Of a stretch of 64,000 bases of DNA, positions 19,033 through 28,863 are shown piece by piece; within the stretch, counting starts at the first letter, position 1, and each line of letters opens with the position of its first letter. The stretch is from assembly GCA_963720755.1 (NCBI GenBank), contig CAVRGP010000011.1, positions 192,001-256,000 of the forward strand, given 5' to 3'. The position numbers and the translations under genes are program-made. The notes below the pieces were generated by a model. It had not been told where the DNA came from. It ran no database searches and saw only the letters and a program-made list of their open reading frames with translations. This DNA is from an uncultured Chloroflexia bacterium (GTDB lineage: Bacteria; Chloroflexota; Limnocylindria; Limnocylindrales; CSP1-4).

Positions 19033-22000
19033 ATGCCCGATACCCCGTTGCGCGGTCGCCGTGGTCGTGATCGGCGGATCGCCGAACGGATCGCGACCGA
19101 CTTCGTCGCACGGCACCCCGCCGGGTCTCCCACCGACATGGTCGACTTCGACCTGGCCGCGGTCGACGCGGAGGTCGAGGACGCTCGACGCGCCGCAGCG
19201 TCGCCCCGCCCCGTCACGGAGCGAGCGCCTGCCAGCAGGGCCGGCGACAGGTCCGCAGCGACCGGTTCCGGCAGCGGTCACCGCCTGCCGGACCTCTCCG
19301 CGCTGCCGCCACTGCTCGCCACGACCGGTACGTTCCGTTCGCTCCGCGACCGACTTGCTCCGTCCGGCGACGACGCGCGACGACCCGGCCGTCACACGGG
19401 CCTGGTCTCGGTCCCCCATGGCGCGAAGAGCTATCTCGCCGCGGCCCTCGCGATGGCGCCTGCAGGCGAGCGGCTCGTCTGGATCGCCCGGGATGCAGAG
19501 ATCGGAGACCGCGTCGCCGAGGAATTGGGAGCGTGGCTCGGTGACCCGGAGGCGGTCGTCGTGCTGGAACCACGGACCTCGCTGGCGTACGAGCGGAGTG
19601 AACTCATCGCGGACGAGACGGCGGCCCGTGTCGCAGCCCTCGCCGCCTGGCGAAGCGGGCGCGCCCGGGTCCTCGTCGCCGGCGTCCAGGCATTGCTCCA
19701 GCACACCATCTCGCCCGCCGACCTGCCGCTCGCGCCGCGCGAGATCCGGGTCGGTGCGCGCCTGCATCAGGACGCCCTTCTGCGCGAGCTCTTCGATCTC
19801 GGTTACGTCCCCGTCACCGAGGTCGCGGGCCGTGGCGAATCCGCTCGTCGGGGCGGGATCGTCGACGTCTTCCCGCCGTCGTTGAGCCTGCCCATCCGGA
19901 TCGAGTTCTTCGGCGACGAGATCGACTCGCTTCGCGCCTTCGACCCGACCGACCAGCGCACCGTCGGATCCCTCGAGGCGGCGCTGCTCCTGCCCGCGTC
20001 GGAGTTCCTGCTGCCCCAGGGTGGCGTGGCGGTGATCCAGGATCGCCTGGGCCGATCGGCCAGCAGACTGCCGGAGCGCCTGGCCGCCGATCTGGCCCGA
20101 TTCGAGACGGACCCGATCTCGACGGCGGCCCGGTCGCAGTCGACCGCCGGTGCGTCGCGGGCGCTCGCCGTCGGCGATGCGGCTGAGGTCTGGGCCGCCC
20201 ACCTCGCACCGGCGACCGGCTGGGACCACGTCGAACCTGGGACCCTGCTGGTCCTTGACGAGCCCGGCGACATCGCCGAGGCGGCCGCCTTCCTGTGGCG
20301 TCAAGCGGATGAACGGCGCGCGGAACTGGTCGAGGCCGCCGAACTGCCGAAAGACTGGCCGTCGACCTACCTGCCGCCGCGCGAATGGAAGGGCCGCCTG
20401 GTCGCATCGCGGACGCTCGAGCTCACCTGGGAGTCGGTCCCACCCGAGGATGCCGCGATGGCTCGTGGTGCACTGTCGTCCGGCGATCCGTTCGGCTGGC
20501 GTGAACCGGTCCTGCCGCCGGGGCGAGCCGGACGGCTGGCCGAGGCGGTCGCCGGCTGGCAGGGCGACGGCGATCGGATCGTCCTGGCGTCGGACCAGGC
20601 GCCGAGACTTGCCGAGATCCTCGGCGAGGCCGGGCACCCCGTGGCTTCCGTCGACCGGCTGCAGGAGGCGCCGCCACCGGGCGCCATCGCCCTCATCGAG
20701 CGGACCCTCAATGGCGGCTTCATCGGCGGGCCAGACGGCGTGGCCTTCGTCACCGACCGGGAGCTGTTCGGGTCTGTCCGGGTGCGCCGTCCCCGGGCGC
20801 TCCGGCGGGTCGTCCCGCGCGACATTCTCGAGCGCCTCACCCCGGGCGACCTGGTCGTCCACATCGACCATGGCGTGGCCCGGTACGAGCAGATGCTCCG
20901 GCGCGGCGGAGCTGGCGAGGATCGCGACTACCTCGAGCTGTCGTTCGCCGGCGGTGACCGGATCTTCGTGCCGGTCGAGCAGATCGCCCGGGTCAGCCGC
21001 TACGCCGGCGGCGAGCGACCGTCGCTGTCGAAGCTGGGCGGGACCGAATGGCTGCGCGCCAAACAGCGGGTCCGCAAGGCCGTCGACGACCTGGCCGAGG
21101 ACCTTCTCGCGCTCTATGCATCGCGGGCCGATGCGCGCGGTCACGCCTTCGCCCCGGACACGCCATGGCAGGCCGAGATGGAAGCATCCTTCCCGTACGA
21201 GGAGACGATCGACCAGGCGCGCGCGGCCGCCGAGGTCAAGGCGGATATGGGGCTGGTGCGGCCGATGGATCGACTCGTGGTTGGCGACGTCGGCTATGGC
21301 AAGACTGAAGTCGCCCTGCGGGCCGCCTTCAAGGCGACCCAGGACGGCAAACAGGTCGCCGTCCTGGTCCCGACGACCGTCCTCGCCGCGCAGCACGAGG
21401 CGACGTTCTCGCAGCGGTTCGCTGCGTTCCCGCTCGAGGTCCGGTTGCTGTCCCGGTTCGTCGCGCCGACGACCCAGGCGGTGACCGTCGCAGGGCTTGC
21501 CGATGGGACCGTCGACGTCGTCATCGGGACGCATCGTCTGCTCAGCAAGGACATCCGGTTCCGCGACCTCGGTCTGGTCGTCGTGGACGAGGAGCAGCGG
21601 TTCGGCGTGGCGGCCAAGGAGCGCCTCAAGCAGTTGCGTCGGGAAGTCGATGTGCTGACCCTGTCGGCGACGCCCATCCCACGAACGCTCAACCTGGCCC
21701 TGGCCGGCATCCGCGACCTCAGCGTCATCGAGACCCCGCCGGAGGACCGGCTGCCGATCCAGACCCGCGTCGCCGAAGCGTCGGCGGGCCTCGTTCGCGA
21801 TGCGGTCCTGCGCGAGCTGGATCGAGGCGGTCAGGTCTTCTACGTCCACAACCGGGTCGAGACGATCGAGGCCCAGGCCGATCAGCTCCGACGGATGCTG
21901 CCGGGCGTGCGCTTCGTCGTCGGACACGGCCAGATGGCGGAGGGTGCCCTCGAGAAGGTCATGATCGCGTTTGCCGACGGCTCCGCCGACGTTCTCGTGT

Positions 22001-22851
22001 GCACCACGATCATCGAGTCCGGGCTCGATATCCCGAACGCCAATACGATCATCATCGACCGTGCCGACACGCTCGGGCTGGCCCAGCTCTATCAGCTTCG
22101 CGGACGGGTCGGACGATCGTCACGAAGGGCTTACGCCTACCTCCTGTATCGCCGCCGCGAGCGGCTGTCCGACGAGGCTCGCAAGCGGCTGCAGGCGATC
22201 TTCAACGCATCCGAGCTCGGGGCCGGTTTTCAGATCGCCCTGTCCGACCTCGAGATCCGTGGTGCCGGCAACATCCTCGGGGGGGAGCAGTCCGGCCACA
22301 TGGCGGCGGTCGGCTTCGATCTGTACTCCCGGCTGCTGGCGGAGGCGGTCGAGACGCGCAAGGCATCGATGGAGGGCCGCGCACCGATCATCGAGTCGCC
22401 TCAGACCGTCGTCGACCTGCCGGTCGAGGCCCACCTGCCGACCGAGTACGTTCCGGACGAGGCGCAGAAGCTCGAGCTGTACCGACGGCTCGCCCGAGCC
22501 AGGACGGCGGGCGACCTGGCGGCGTTCCGCCAGGAAGTGCTCGATCGCTATGGGCCGATGCCCGACCCGGTCACCCGGTTGATCGAGGTCGCGAGTCTGC
22601 GCCTGACCGCCGAAGCTGCCGGGATCGCCTCCATCTCGCGCGAAGAGGGCTGGCTGGTCGTCCGGTTCGGGGCCGGCCTCAGTCGGGCGACGGCGATAGG
22701 TCTGTTGGCCGGGCCGCCGTTGCCCGGGATCCGGCCATCGGACGTCACGTTCGCCAGCAACCAGGTCCGCCTTCGCCTGCCGGCCGATCCGCGCAAGGGC
22801 TGGACCCTGACCCAGGCCATCGTCGCCAGGCTGTCGGCGTCGTCCGGTTAG
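19033..22851 (+). CDS. mfd: Transcription-repair coupling factor
   Basis: RGGIVDVF, GDLVVHIDHG (RID domain), GDVGYGKTEVA, DEEQRFG, SATPIPRTL, QLRGRVGR, DLEIRGAGNILG. Confidence 0.97.
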   Translation: MPDTPLRGRRGRDRRIAERIATDFVARHPAGSPTDMVDFDLAAVDAEVEDARRAAASPRPVTERAPASRAGDRSAATGSGSGHRLPDLSALPPLLATTGTFRSLRDRLAPSGDDARRPGRHTGLVSVPHGAKSYLAAALAMAPAGERLVWIARDAEIGDRVAEELGAWLGDPEAVVVLEPRTSLAYERSELIADETAARVAALAAWRSGRARVLVAGVQALLQHTISPADLPLAPREIRVGARLHQDALLRELFDLGYVPVTEVAGRGESARRGGIVDVFPPSLSLPIRIEFFGDEIDSLRAFDPTDQRTVGSLEAALLLPASEFLLPQGGVAVIQDRLGRSASRLPERLAADLARFETDPISTAARSQSTAGASRALAVGDAAEVWAAHLAPATGWDHVEPGTLLVLDEPGDIAEAAAFLWRQADERRAELVEAAELPKDWPSTYLPPREWKGRLVASRTLELTWESVPPEDAAMARGALSSGDPFGWREPVLPPGRAGRLAEAVAGWQGDGDRIVLASDQAPRLAEILGEAGHPVASVDRLQEAPPPGAIALIERTLNGGFIGGPDGVAFVTDRELFGSVRVRRPRALRRVVPRDILERLTPGDLVVHIDHGVARYEQMLRRGGAGEDRDYLELSFAGGDRIFVPVEQIARVSRYAGGERPSLSKLGGTEWLRAKQRVRKAVDDLAEDLLALYASRADARGHAFAPDTPWQAEMEASFPYEETIDQARAAAEVKADMGLVRPMDRLVVGDVGYGKTEVALRAAFKATQDGKQVAVLVPTTVLAAQHEATFSQRFAAFPLEVRLLSRFVAPTTQAVTVAGLADGTVDVVIGTHRLLSKDIRFRDLGLVVVDEEQRFGVAAKERLKQLRREVDVLTLSATPIPRTLNLALAGIRDLSVIETPPEDRLPIQTRVAEASAGLVRDAVLRELDRGGQVFYVHNRVETIEAQADQLRRMLPGVRFVVGHGQMAEGALEKVMIAFADGSADVLVCTTIIESGLDIPNANTIIIDRADTLGLAQLYQLRGRVGRSSRRAYAYLLYRRRERLSDEARKRLQAIFNASELGAGFQIALSDLEIRGAGNILGGEQSGHMAAVGFDLYSRLLAEAVETRKASMEGRAPIIESPQTVVDLPVEAHLPTEYVPDEAQKLELYRRLARARTAGDLAAFRQEVLDRYGPMPDPVTRLIEVASLRLTAEAAGIASISREEGWLVVRFGAGLSRATAIGLLAGPPLPGIRPSDVTFASNQVRLRLPADPRKGWTLTQAIVARLSASSG

Positions 22852-22880
22852 GGTCGCGCCGGCAGGCATAGCATATGGCG

Positions 22881-23657
22881 ATGGACACCAACGACCGGCG
22901 CCCGGCCCTGACGGAGCACGCGACCCGCAACCGGGCCATGTGGGATGCCTACAGCGACGAGTACCAGGCCACCCACGGCGCACAACTCGCCGAGAGCGGC
23001 GGCATGGCCTGGGGGACCGCCCAGATCCCCGAGACCGAGCTGCACGTCCTCGGCGACATCGCCGGCAAGGACATCCTCGAATTCGGATGCGGGGCCGCCC
23101 AATGGTCGATCGCCCTGGCCACGCATGGCGCCCGACCGGTCGGGATCGATCTGTCCCAGCGTCAGCTCGAATACGCGAGTCGCCTCATGGCCGAGGCCGG
23201 TGTCTCGTTCCCGCTCATCCACACCAGCGCGGAAGCCGTGCCGCTCCCGGACGCCTCGTTCGACATCGTCTTCTGCGACCACGGAGCGATGACCTTCGCG
23301 GATCCATACCTGACCGTGCCGGAAGTGGCCCGACTCCTGCGTCCCGGTGGCCTGTTCGCGTTCAACCATCACTCGCCGATCGAGACGATCTGCTGGCCGC
23401 TCGACGCAGAGCGGGTCGGAGAGCGGTTGGCCCTCGACTACTTCGGGATGTACCGGATCGACGACGGCGAGGAGATCTCGTTCCAGCTGCCGTACGGTGA
23501 GTGGGTCCGGCTGTTCCGAGCCAACGGCTTCACGATCGAAGATCTGATCGAACCGCGTCCGACCGCCGAGGCCACGAGTTCCTACCGGGACGCCGAACAG
23601 CTGGCGTGGGCACGACGCTGGCCGTCGGAGTCGATCTGGCGACTGCGGCGAGCCTGA
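22881..23657 (+). CDS. Class I SAM-dependent methyltransferase
   Basis: ILEFGCGAAQW, GIDLS, SFDIVF, RLLRPGG. Start at ATG 22881 or 22875. Confidence 0.85.
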   Translation: MDTNDRRPALTEHATRNRAMWDAYSDEYQATHGAQLAESGGMAWGTAQIPETELHVLGDIAGKDILEFGCGAAQWSIALATHGARPVGIDLSQRQLEYASRLMAEAGVSFPLIHTSAEAVPLPDASFDIVFCDHGAMTFADPYLTVPEVARLLRPGGLFAFNHHSPIETICWPLDAERVGERLALDYFGMYRIDDGEEISFQLPYGEWVRLFRANGFTIEDLIEPRPTAEATSSYRDAEQLAWARRWPSESIWRLRRA

Positions 23658-23661
23658 CCGG

Positions 23662-23994
23662 TCAGGCTTCGGAGTCGTCCAGGCCGTGCAGGGCGCCCGA
23701 TCCATGCAGTTCGACGAGCGTTTCCCGCCGGCCCCCCGCGCCGACCTGTCGATCGGCGACGACGCAATGGCCTGACAGCGAGCGTCCATCGGCGGTGCGA
23801 CCGGTCAGCTCGCCCTCATCGAGTTCGGGGCCGACCCTTGTCACGATCCGGGCGCTCCAGCGCGACTGCCCTGCGTCGTCGTCCCAGCAGTCCACGGTCG
23901 CCCCGGGCAGCCCGACGCCACCGAACGTGACATCGTGGATGGCGAAGCGAAGATGCCGGGTGGTCACCCACACACGGTACCAGTCCGGCGCCAT
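23662..23994 (-). CDS. Small hypothetical protein
   Basis: Fills the gap between two + strand genes with a normal amino-acid composition (predicted beta-rich). Start uncertain. Confidence 0.5.
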   Translation of the reverse strand: MAPDWYRVWVTTRHLRFAIHDVTFGGVGLPGATVDCWDDDAGQSRWSARIVTRVGPELDEGELTGRTADGRSLSGHCVVADRQVGAGGRRETLVELHGSGALHGLDDSEA

Positions 23995-24077
23995 GTGGCT
24001 CGGTCGCCGGTGCCGGCGTACCATTTCACGGCTGCGGGACCGGGCAGGGAACCGCGGGCAGGAGGGTGGGACCGGAG

Positions 24078-24539
24078 ATGGCGGAATTGACCAATGAGGA
24101 GGTCATCCACGCGTATCTGCGTGCACTGACCGATAACGCTGGGGACGCGCTGGGACGATTGCGCGATCCCGACTACGTCCTTGACTACCCGCAGTCGGGC
24201 GAGCGCATCCGCGGCCACGCGATGGAACGGATGATCGCGGACCACTATCCGGGCGGCGTCCCGGACGTTCTCGAAGGCTCGGCCCGGGTGGTCGGCAGCG
24301 AGGACAAGTGGGTCGTCACCCCGAGTTTCACCTTCGAGCGGATCGCGGGAAGCGGCGAGACGTGGTGGTTCGAGGGGAAGGCGCGCTACGCGGACGGCTC
24401 CGTCTGGCACCTCGTCTCGATGTGTCGCCTGCGCGATGGTCGCGTGTTCCGCGAGGTGAACTACTGGGCGGAACCGTTCGATCCACCCGCCTGGCGGGCC
24501 GCCTGGGTCGAGCCCATCGAGCACGGCCCAGCGTCCTAG
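24078..24539 (+). CDS. SnoaL/NTF2-like protein
   Basis: DYVLDYPQSGERIRG, YADGS, RDGRVFREVNYW pattern typical of the SnoaL-like fold. Confidence 0.8.
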   Translation: MAELTNEEVIHAYLRALTDNAGDALGRLRDPDYVLDYPQSGERIRGHAMERMIADHYPGGVPDVLEGSARVVGSEDKWVVTPSFTFERIAGSGETWWFEGKARYADGSVWHLVSMCRLRDGRVFREVNYWAEPFDPPAWRAAWVEPIEHGPAS

Positions 24540-24542
24540 CGC

Positions 24543-25979
24543 GTGAGCCATCCGAGCCCCGACGCCGCCGACGGTCTGTGGCGGTCCGATCGCCGAGCCC
24601 TGACGACCGGTCTCATCCTGACCATCACCCTGGTCGCCTTCGAGGCCCTCGCGGTCTCGACCGTGATGCCCATCGCGGCCCAGCAGCTGGGCGGCCTGGA
24701 GCTGTACGGCTGGGTCTTTTCGGCGTTCTTCCTCGGCGCGCTGATCGGCATCGTCGTCGTCGGCGGCGTGATCGACCGGGGAGGACTGGCGATCCCGTTC
24801 GCGGTCGGGCTCAGCCTGTTCGCGCTGGGGCTGCTCGGCGGAGGCCTGGCTCCATCGATGGGGGTCCTCGTGGCCGCCCGCTTCCTCCAGGGCCTCGGCG
24901 CCGGCGCCCTCCAGCCGATCGCCTACGTCGCGATCGGGCGAACGCTCCCTGAGCGTCTTCGGCCCCGGATGTTCGCCACCTTGTCGACGGCCTGGGTTCT
25001 GCCCGGCGTGGTCGGTCCCGCGATCGCCGGGGCCATCGGCGAGTCATTCGGCTGGCGCGCCGTGTTCCTCGGGCTGCTCCCGCTCATCGCGATCGCCGGG
25101 TTGCTGACCCTTGGGGCGCTCCGCAACGTGGCGGCACCGCCGCCTCTCGACGACGAGGGGATCGTCGCTGCCCGGTCGGCTCGCCGTGGGCGATTGCCAT
25201 TGGCGATCGCCGTCGCCCTCGGGGCGGGCCTGTTCACCCTCGGCCTGACCACCGGTGAGGTGCTGCCGACGATCATCCTCGTCGTCATCGGCACGGCGAT
25301 CGGCCTGTTCGCGATCCAGCGGCTGACCCCGGCGGGGACGCTGAAGGCGCGACCGATCCTGCCCGCGGCGGTATTGCTCCGAGGCATCCAGACGTGCGCC
25401 TTCTTCGGGGTCGATGCGTTCGTCGCCCTCACTCTCGTCGAATGGCGAGGCGTGTCGGCGACCGCTGCCGGCGTGGCCCTGACCGCCGCGACGATCGCCT
25501 GGACGGCCGGCGCCTGGATCCAGGCACGTGGCGCGTCACGCTGGCCGACCTACCGGTTCGTCCAGGTCGGCTGGGTGCTCATCCTGGTCGGTCTGGCTGG
25601 GATGCTGCTCGTCCTCGTCCCGGAGATCTCCTGGCTGATCGTCCTGCCGACGTTCGGGCTGGCCGGCCTCGGGATGGGGCTGTCGTATGCACCGATCACG
25701 CTCATCGTCCTGCGCGAGGCATCGATCACCACCCAGGGCGCCGCGACCAGCGCGCTGTCGCTGACCGATTCCCTCGGCGCCACGCTCGGAACCGGGATCT
25801 CCGGTGCGATCATCGCCGCCGGGATCCGCTCGACCGGTGCGCCCGCGGCCGGCCTCGCCGTCTCGTTCATCGTGGCCATCGCGATCGGTGCGGTCGGCCT
25901 GCTCCTGACCGGGCGCCTGCGGCCCGGACCGGCCCCGATCCCGGCCCTGGTGATGGCAGCGAGCCCGCCGCCATCGTGA
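24543..25979 (+). CDS. MFS transporter (DHA2-like)
   Basis: Many TM helices, AFEALAVSTVMP, DRGG, ARFLQGLGAG, GPAIAG...GWRAVF. Confidence 0.88.
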   Translation: MSHPSPDAADGLWRSDRRALTTGLILTITLVAFEALAVSTVMPIAAQQLGGLELYGWVFSAFFLGALIGIVVVGGVIDRGGLAIPFAVGLSLFALGLLGGGLAPSMGVLVAARFLQGLGAGALQPIAYVAIGRTLPERLRPRMFATLSTAWVLPGVVGPAIAGAIGESFGWRAVFLGLLPLIAIAGLLTLGALRNVAAPPPLDDEGIVAARSARRGRLPLAIAVALGAGLFTLGLTTGEVLPTIILVVIGTAIGLFAIQRLTPAGTLKARPILPAAVLLRGIQTCAFFGVDAFVALTLVEWRGVSATAAGVALTAATIAWTAGAWIQARGASRWPTYRFVQVGWVLILVGLAGMLLVLVPEISWLIVLPTFGLAGLGMGLSYAPITLIVLREASITTQGAATSALSLTDSLGATLGTGISGAIIAAGIRSTGAPAAGLAVSFIVAIAIGAVGLLLTGRLRPGPAPIPALVMAASPPPS

Positions 25980-26074
25980 CCGGGCCCGGTCCCCGGTGCC
26001 TGCGGTAGACTTCGTGCCCTCAGGCGGTCCGCTCACCCGCGCCGCACCCGTTGTGCATTGGAGGCCCCGATATC

Positions 26075-26596
26075 GTGTCTGCAGACGAGCTGCGCGCGAA
26101 GATCCGCGAGGTCCCCGACTTCCCGAAGCCCGGGATCCTGTTCTACGACATCACGACCTTGCTCAAGGACCCCGTCGCCTACAAGCAGGCCATCGACGAG
26201 ATGCTCGCGCCGTACACCGGCGAGCAGATCGACATCGTCGTCGGCATGGAGTCACGCGGCTTCATCTTCAGCGCGCCGATGGCCTACCAGCTCGGTGCCG
26301 GTCTCGTCCCGGTTCGCAAGCTCGGGAAGTTGCCGGCCGAGACGATCACGGTGGAGTACGCCCTGGAGTACGGATCGAACACGCTGGAGATCCACCGCGA
26401 TGCGATCGTCCCGGGCCAGCGGGTCCTCGTCGTCGACGACCTGCTCGCGACCGGCGGCACGGTCCATGGCACGATCGACCTCGTCGAGCGCCTGAAGGGA
26501 GAGGTCGTCGGACTCGCCTTCCTCGTGGAACTGGAGTTCCTCAACGGCCGCGATCGCCTGGACGGACGCCGGGTGACGAGCGTCATCAAGTATTGA
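26075..26596 (+). CDS. apt: Adenine phosphoribosyltransferase
   Basis: [48 protein letters not shown] start after GGAGG. Confidence 0.97.
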   Translation: MSADELRAKIREVPDFPKPGILFYDITTLLKDPVAYKQAIDEMLAPYTGEQIDIVVGMESRGFIFSAPMAYQLGAGLVPVRKLGKLPAETITVEYALEYGSNTLEIHRDAIVPGQRVLVVDDLLATGGTVHGTIDLVERLKGEVVGLAFLVELEFLNGRDRLDGRRVTSVIKY

Positions 26597-26623
26597 CGGT
26601 CGCTCCGCAGCGAGGCGCGAAGA

Positions 26624-27997
26624 TTGACCGAACCCACTGACGACGACAGCGCGACGCCGAAGTCGCCCACGACGCCCGGGGTCGATGTCGCCCGGCGCGG
26701 CTTCTTCCGGGTGTTCGCGGCCGAGGTGATCCAGACGGCCGCGACCGTTGCCGGTGCAGCTCAGGCCCTCCAGCAGGCGTCCGCCGAGGCTGCCAGCGTG
26801 CTGATCGGAGCCGGGACGACGGAGGCTGCGCCGTCGCCGGTGGCGATCGACCTCGCCCCGGCGGGTGCCCCGGTCGGGTTCCGGACCCCGTTCCGGGAGG
26901 ATGGCGGCACGCTCTATCTGATCGATCAGCGGCGCCTTCCTGACGCGCTTGTCGAGTATCCCTGCAAGTCGGCCGGCGAGGTCGGCTATGCGATCCGCGA
27001 GATGGTCGTCCGCGGCGCGCCGGCGATCGGCCAGGCGGCTGCCATCGGGCTGGCGCTGAGTGCCGAGGTGATGCGCGACAGTCGACCGTTCGCCCGACGA
27101 GCGACGCTCCGTGGCGCCGCCAATGTCCTGATCGGCACCCGGCCGACGGCCGTCAACCTCCGCTGGGCGGTGGACCGGGTGATGGCCCGCTACACGGACA
27201 TCGGCGAGCTGTCCGAGGACGGCGGCGCGATCGCCGACGCGATGCGTGCCGAGGCCGACGCGATCGTCTTCGAGGCGACGACCGATCACGGTCGCCTGGC
27301 GAGCTTCGGGCTCGACGTCCTGCCGACTCCGCCCGACCGGCCGGTCCGGATCCTGACCCACTGCAACACGGGGCCGCTCGCATGCGGTCAGTACGGCACG
27401 GCCCTCGGCATCGTCCAGGTCGCCCACCATGCGGACCGACCGGTCCATGTCTGGGTCGACGAGACTCGACCGTATCTTCAGGGGGCTCGACTGACGGCCT
27501 GGGAACTGGCCCAGGCGGGCGTGCCGCACACGCTCCTCCCCGACGTGGCAGCGGGGCACCTCATGGCGTCCGGTGAAGTCGACATCGTCCTTGTCGGCGC
27601 CGATCGGGTGGCGGCGAACGGCGATACGGCCAACAAGGTCGGGACGTATCCACTGGCCGTCCTGGCGGCTCGCCACGGCATCCCGTTCTATGTCTGCGCG
27701 CCGACCAGTTCGATCGATCTCGGGACGACCGATGGCGCCGCGATCACGATCGAGGAGCGCAGACCCGAGGAGGTCCTCGAGTTCCGCGGCGTCCGGATCG
27801 CGCCACCCGGGACCGAGGTCCGGAACCCGGCCTTCGACGTGACCCCGGCCGACCTGATCACCGGGATCGTCACGGAGGAGGGTGTCATCCGGTCACCCTT
27901 CGAGCCGGGTCTCATCGGGGCGGTCGAGGGCGCCGATGTCCGCTGGGGAAGGCCGTCGCGGCCCGAACCGGCCGACGCCCCACCGGCGACGGACTGA
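26624..27997 (+). CDS. mtnA: 5-methylthioribose-1-phosphate isomerase with ~90-aa N-terminal extension
   Basis: DQRRLP, MVVRGAPAIG, RPTAVNL, LTHCNTGPLA, DETRPYLQGARLTAWEL, GADRVAANGDTANKVGTY, NPAFDVTP. Confidence 0.94.
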   Translation: MTEPTDDDSATPKSPTTPGVDVARRGFFRVFAAEVIQTAATVAGAAQALQQASAEAASVLIGAGTTEAAPSPVAIDLAPAGAPVGFRTPFREDGGTLYLIDQRRLPDALVEYPCKSAGEVGYAIREMVVRGAPAIGQAAAIGLALSAEVMRDSRPFARRATLRGAANVLIGTRPTAVNLRWAVDRVMARYTDIGELSEDGGAIADAMRAEADAIVFEATTDHGRLASFGLDVLPTPPDRPVRILTHCNTGPLACGQYGTALGIVQVAHHADRPVHVWVDETRPYLQGARLTAWELAQAGVPHTLLPDVAAGHLMASGEVDIVLVGADRVAANGDTANKVGTYPLAVLAARHGIPFYVCAPTSSIDLGTTDGAAITIEERRPEEVLEFRGVRIAPPGTEVRNPAFDVTPADLITGIVTEEGVIRSPFEPGLIGAVEGADVRWGRPSRPEPADAPPATD

Positions 27998-28863
27998 TGG
28001 CGACGGTCGCCGTCGGGCGCGGCGGGTCGGTCACGGCCCGGGCCACGACCGACAAGGGCGCGCTTCGCTCGTTCCTGGAGCAGGACCGCCTGTATGCCGC
28101 CTATGCCCTGTGCGACCTGGAGGAGCGTGAGTTCGTTCGGACCCGGTGGGGGATGGCCTGGGAGGCGGACCGACCCATCGCCGTGGTCCTTGAATACAAC
28201 GGCCCCACGCCCCAGCCGATGTTCGTCATGGGCCGCGAGGACGGCGTCGCGGTCATCCTCCGGAACCTCATCCGGCCGCGGATCGCCTACGTCGCTGCGC
28301 CCGCGTCCGTCCTGCCGGCCATCGAGACCGCCTACCGGGTGGACCCGGGTCCGGCGATGGTGCGGATGTGGGTCGACCGGTCGACATTCCGACCGTATCC
28401 GGCGGGCGTCCAGCGCCTGCTGCCGGTCGAGATCGGCGACCTGAATCGGCTCTACCAACTGGGCTTCGCGTCGTGGTTGCCGGCGACCGCGATCGGCGAC
28501 GGCGTCTACTACGGTCTGCGGGTCAACGGCCAACTGGTCGCTGCGGCCGGGACGCACGTCGTGAGCCCCGGCGCTCGCCTGGGCGTCGTCGGCAACGTCC
28601 TGACCCACGTCGACTATCGTGGACGTGGCTTTGCGACCGCGGTGACCGGCGCTGTGACCGCGGAATTGCTGCGGACGTGCGATCAGGTCGTTCTCAACGT
28701 ACGATCGGACAACCCACCCGCACTCAACGCGTATCGCCGACTTGGCTATGCGGAGCACCTTCGATTCGAGGAGCGCCTCGTCCATCGCCTTGGCTCGCCG
28801 TGGCCGGATCTGTCGGCCTCGCTCCGCCGTTTCTTCACGCGCAAGGAGACCGACACCCGATGA
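27997..28863 (+). CDS. GNAT-family acetyltransferase (C-terminal FR47-like domain)
   Basis: VLTHVDYRGRGFAT acetyl-CoA motif A and NPPALNAYRRLGY. Confidence 0.85.
   Translation: MATVAVGRGGSVTARATTDKGALRSFLEQDRLYAAYALCDLEEREFVRTRWGMAWEADRPIAVVLEYNGPTPQPMFVMGREDGVAVILRNLIRPRIAYVAAPASVLPAIETAYRVDPGPAMVRMWVDRSTFRPYPAGVQRLLPVEIGDLNRLYQLGFASWLPATAIGDGVYYGLRVNGQLVAAAGTHVVSPGARLGVVGNVLTHVDYRGRGFATAVTGAVTAELLRTCDQVVLNVRSDNPPALNAYRRLGYAEHLRFEERLVHRLGSPWPDLSASLRRFFTRKETDTR

Noticed and set aside
19027-21927. 966-aa antisense ORF opposite mfd (similar ones at 33682-35979, 49646-52831 and 57865-59889)
   Set aside because: Long stop-free antisense frames are expected from high-GC codon bias. They have no motifs and mirror well-supported sense genes.
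28368-28859. Apparent long N-terminal extensions of AhcY (also UdgB from 9946, BtuD from 43647 and SurE from 62190)
   Set aside because: These upstream parts overlap other real genes in a different frame. Better starts exist at or just after the upstream stops.
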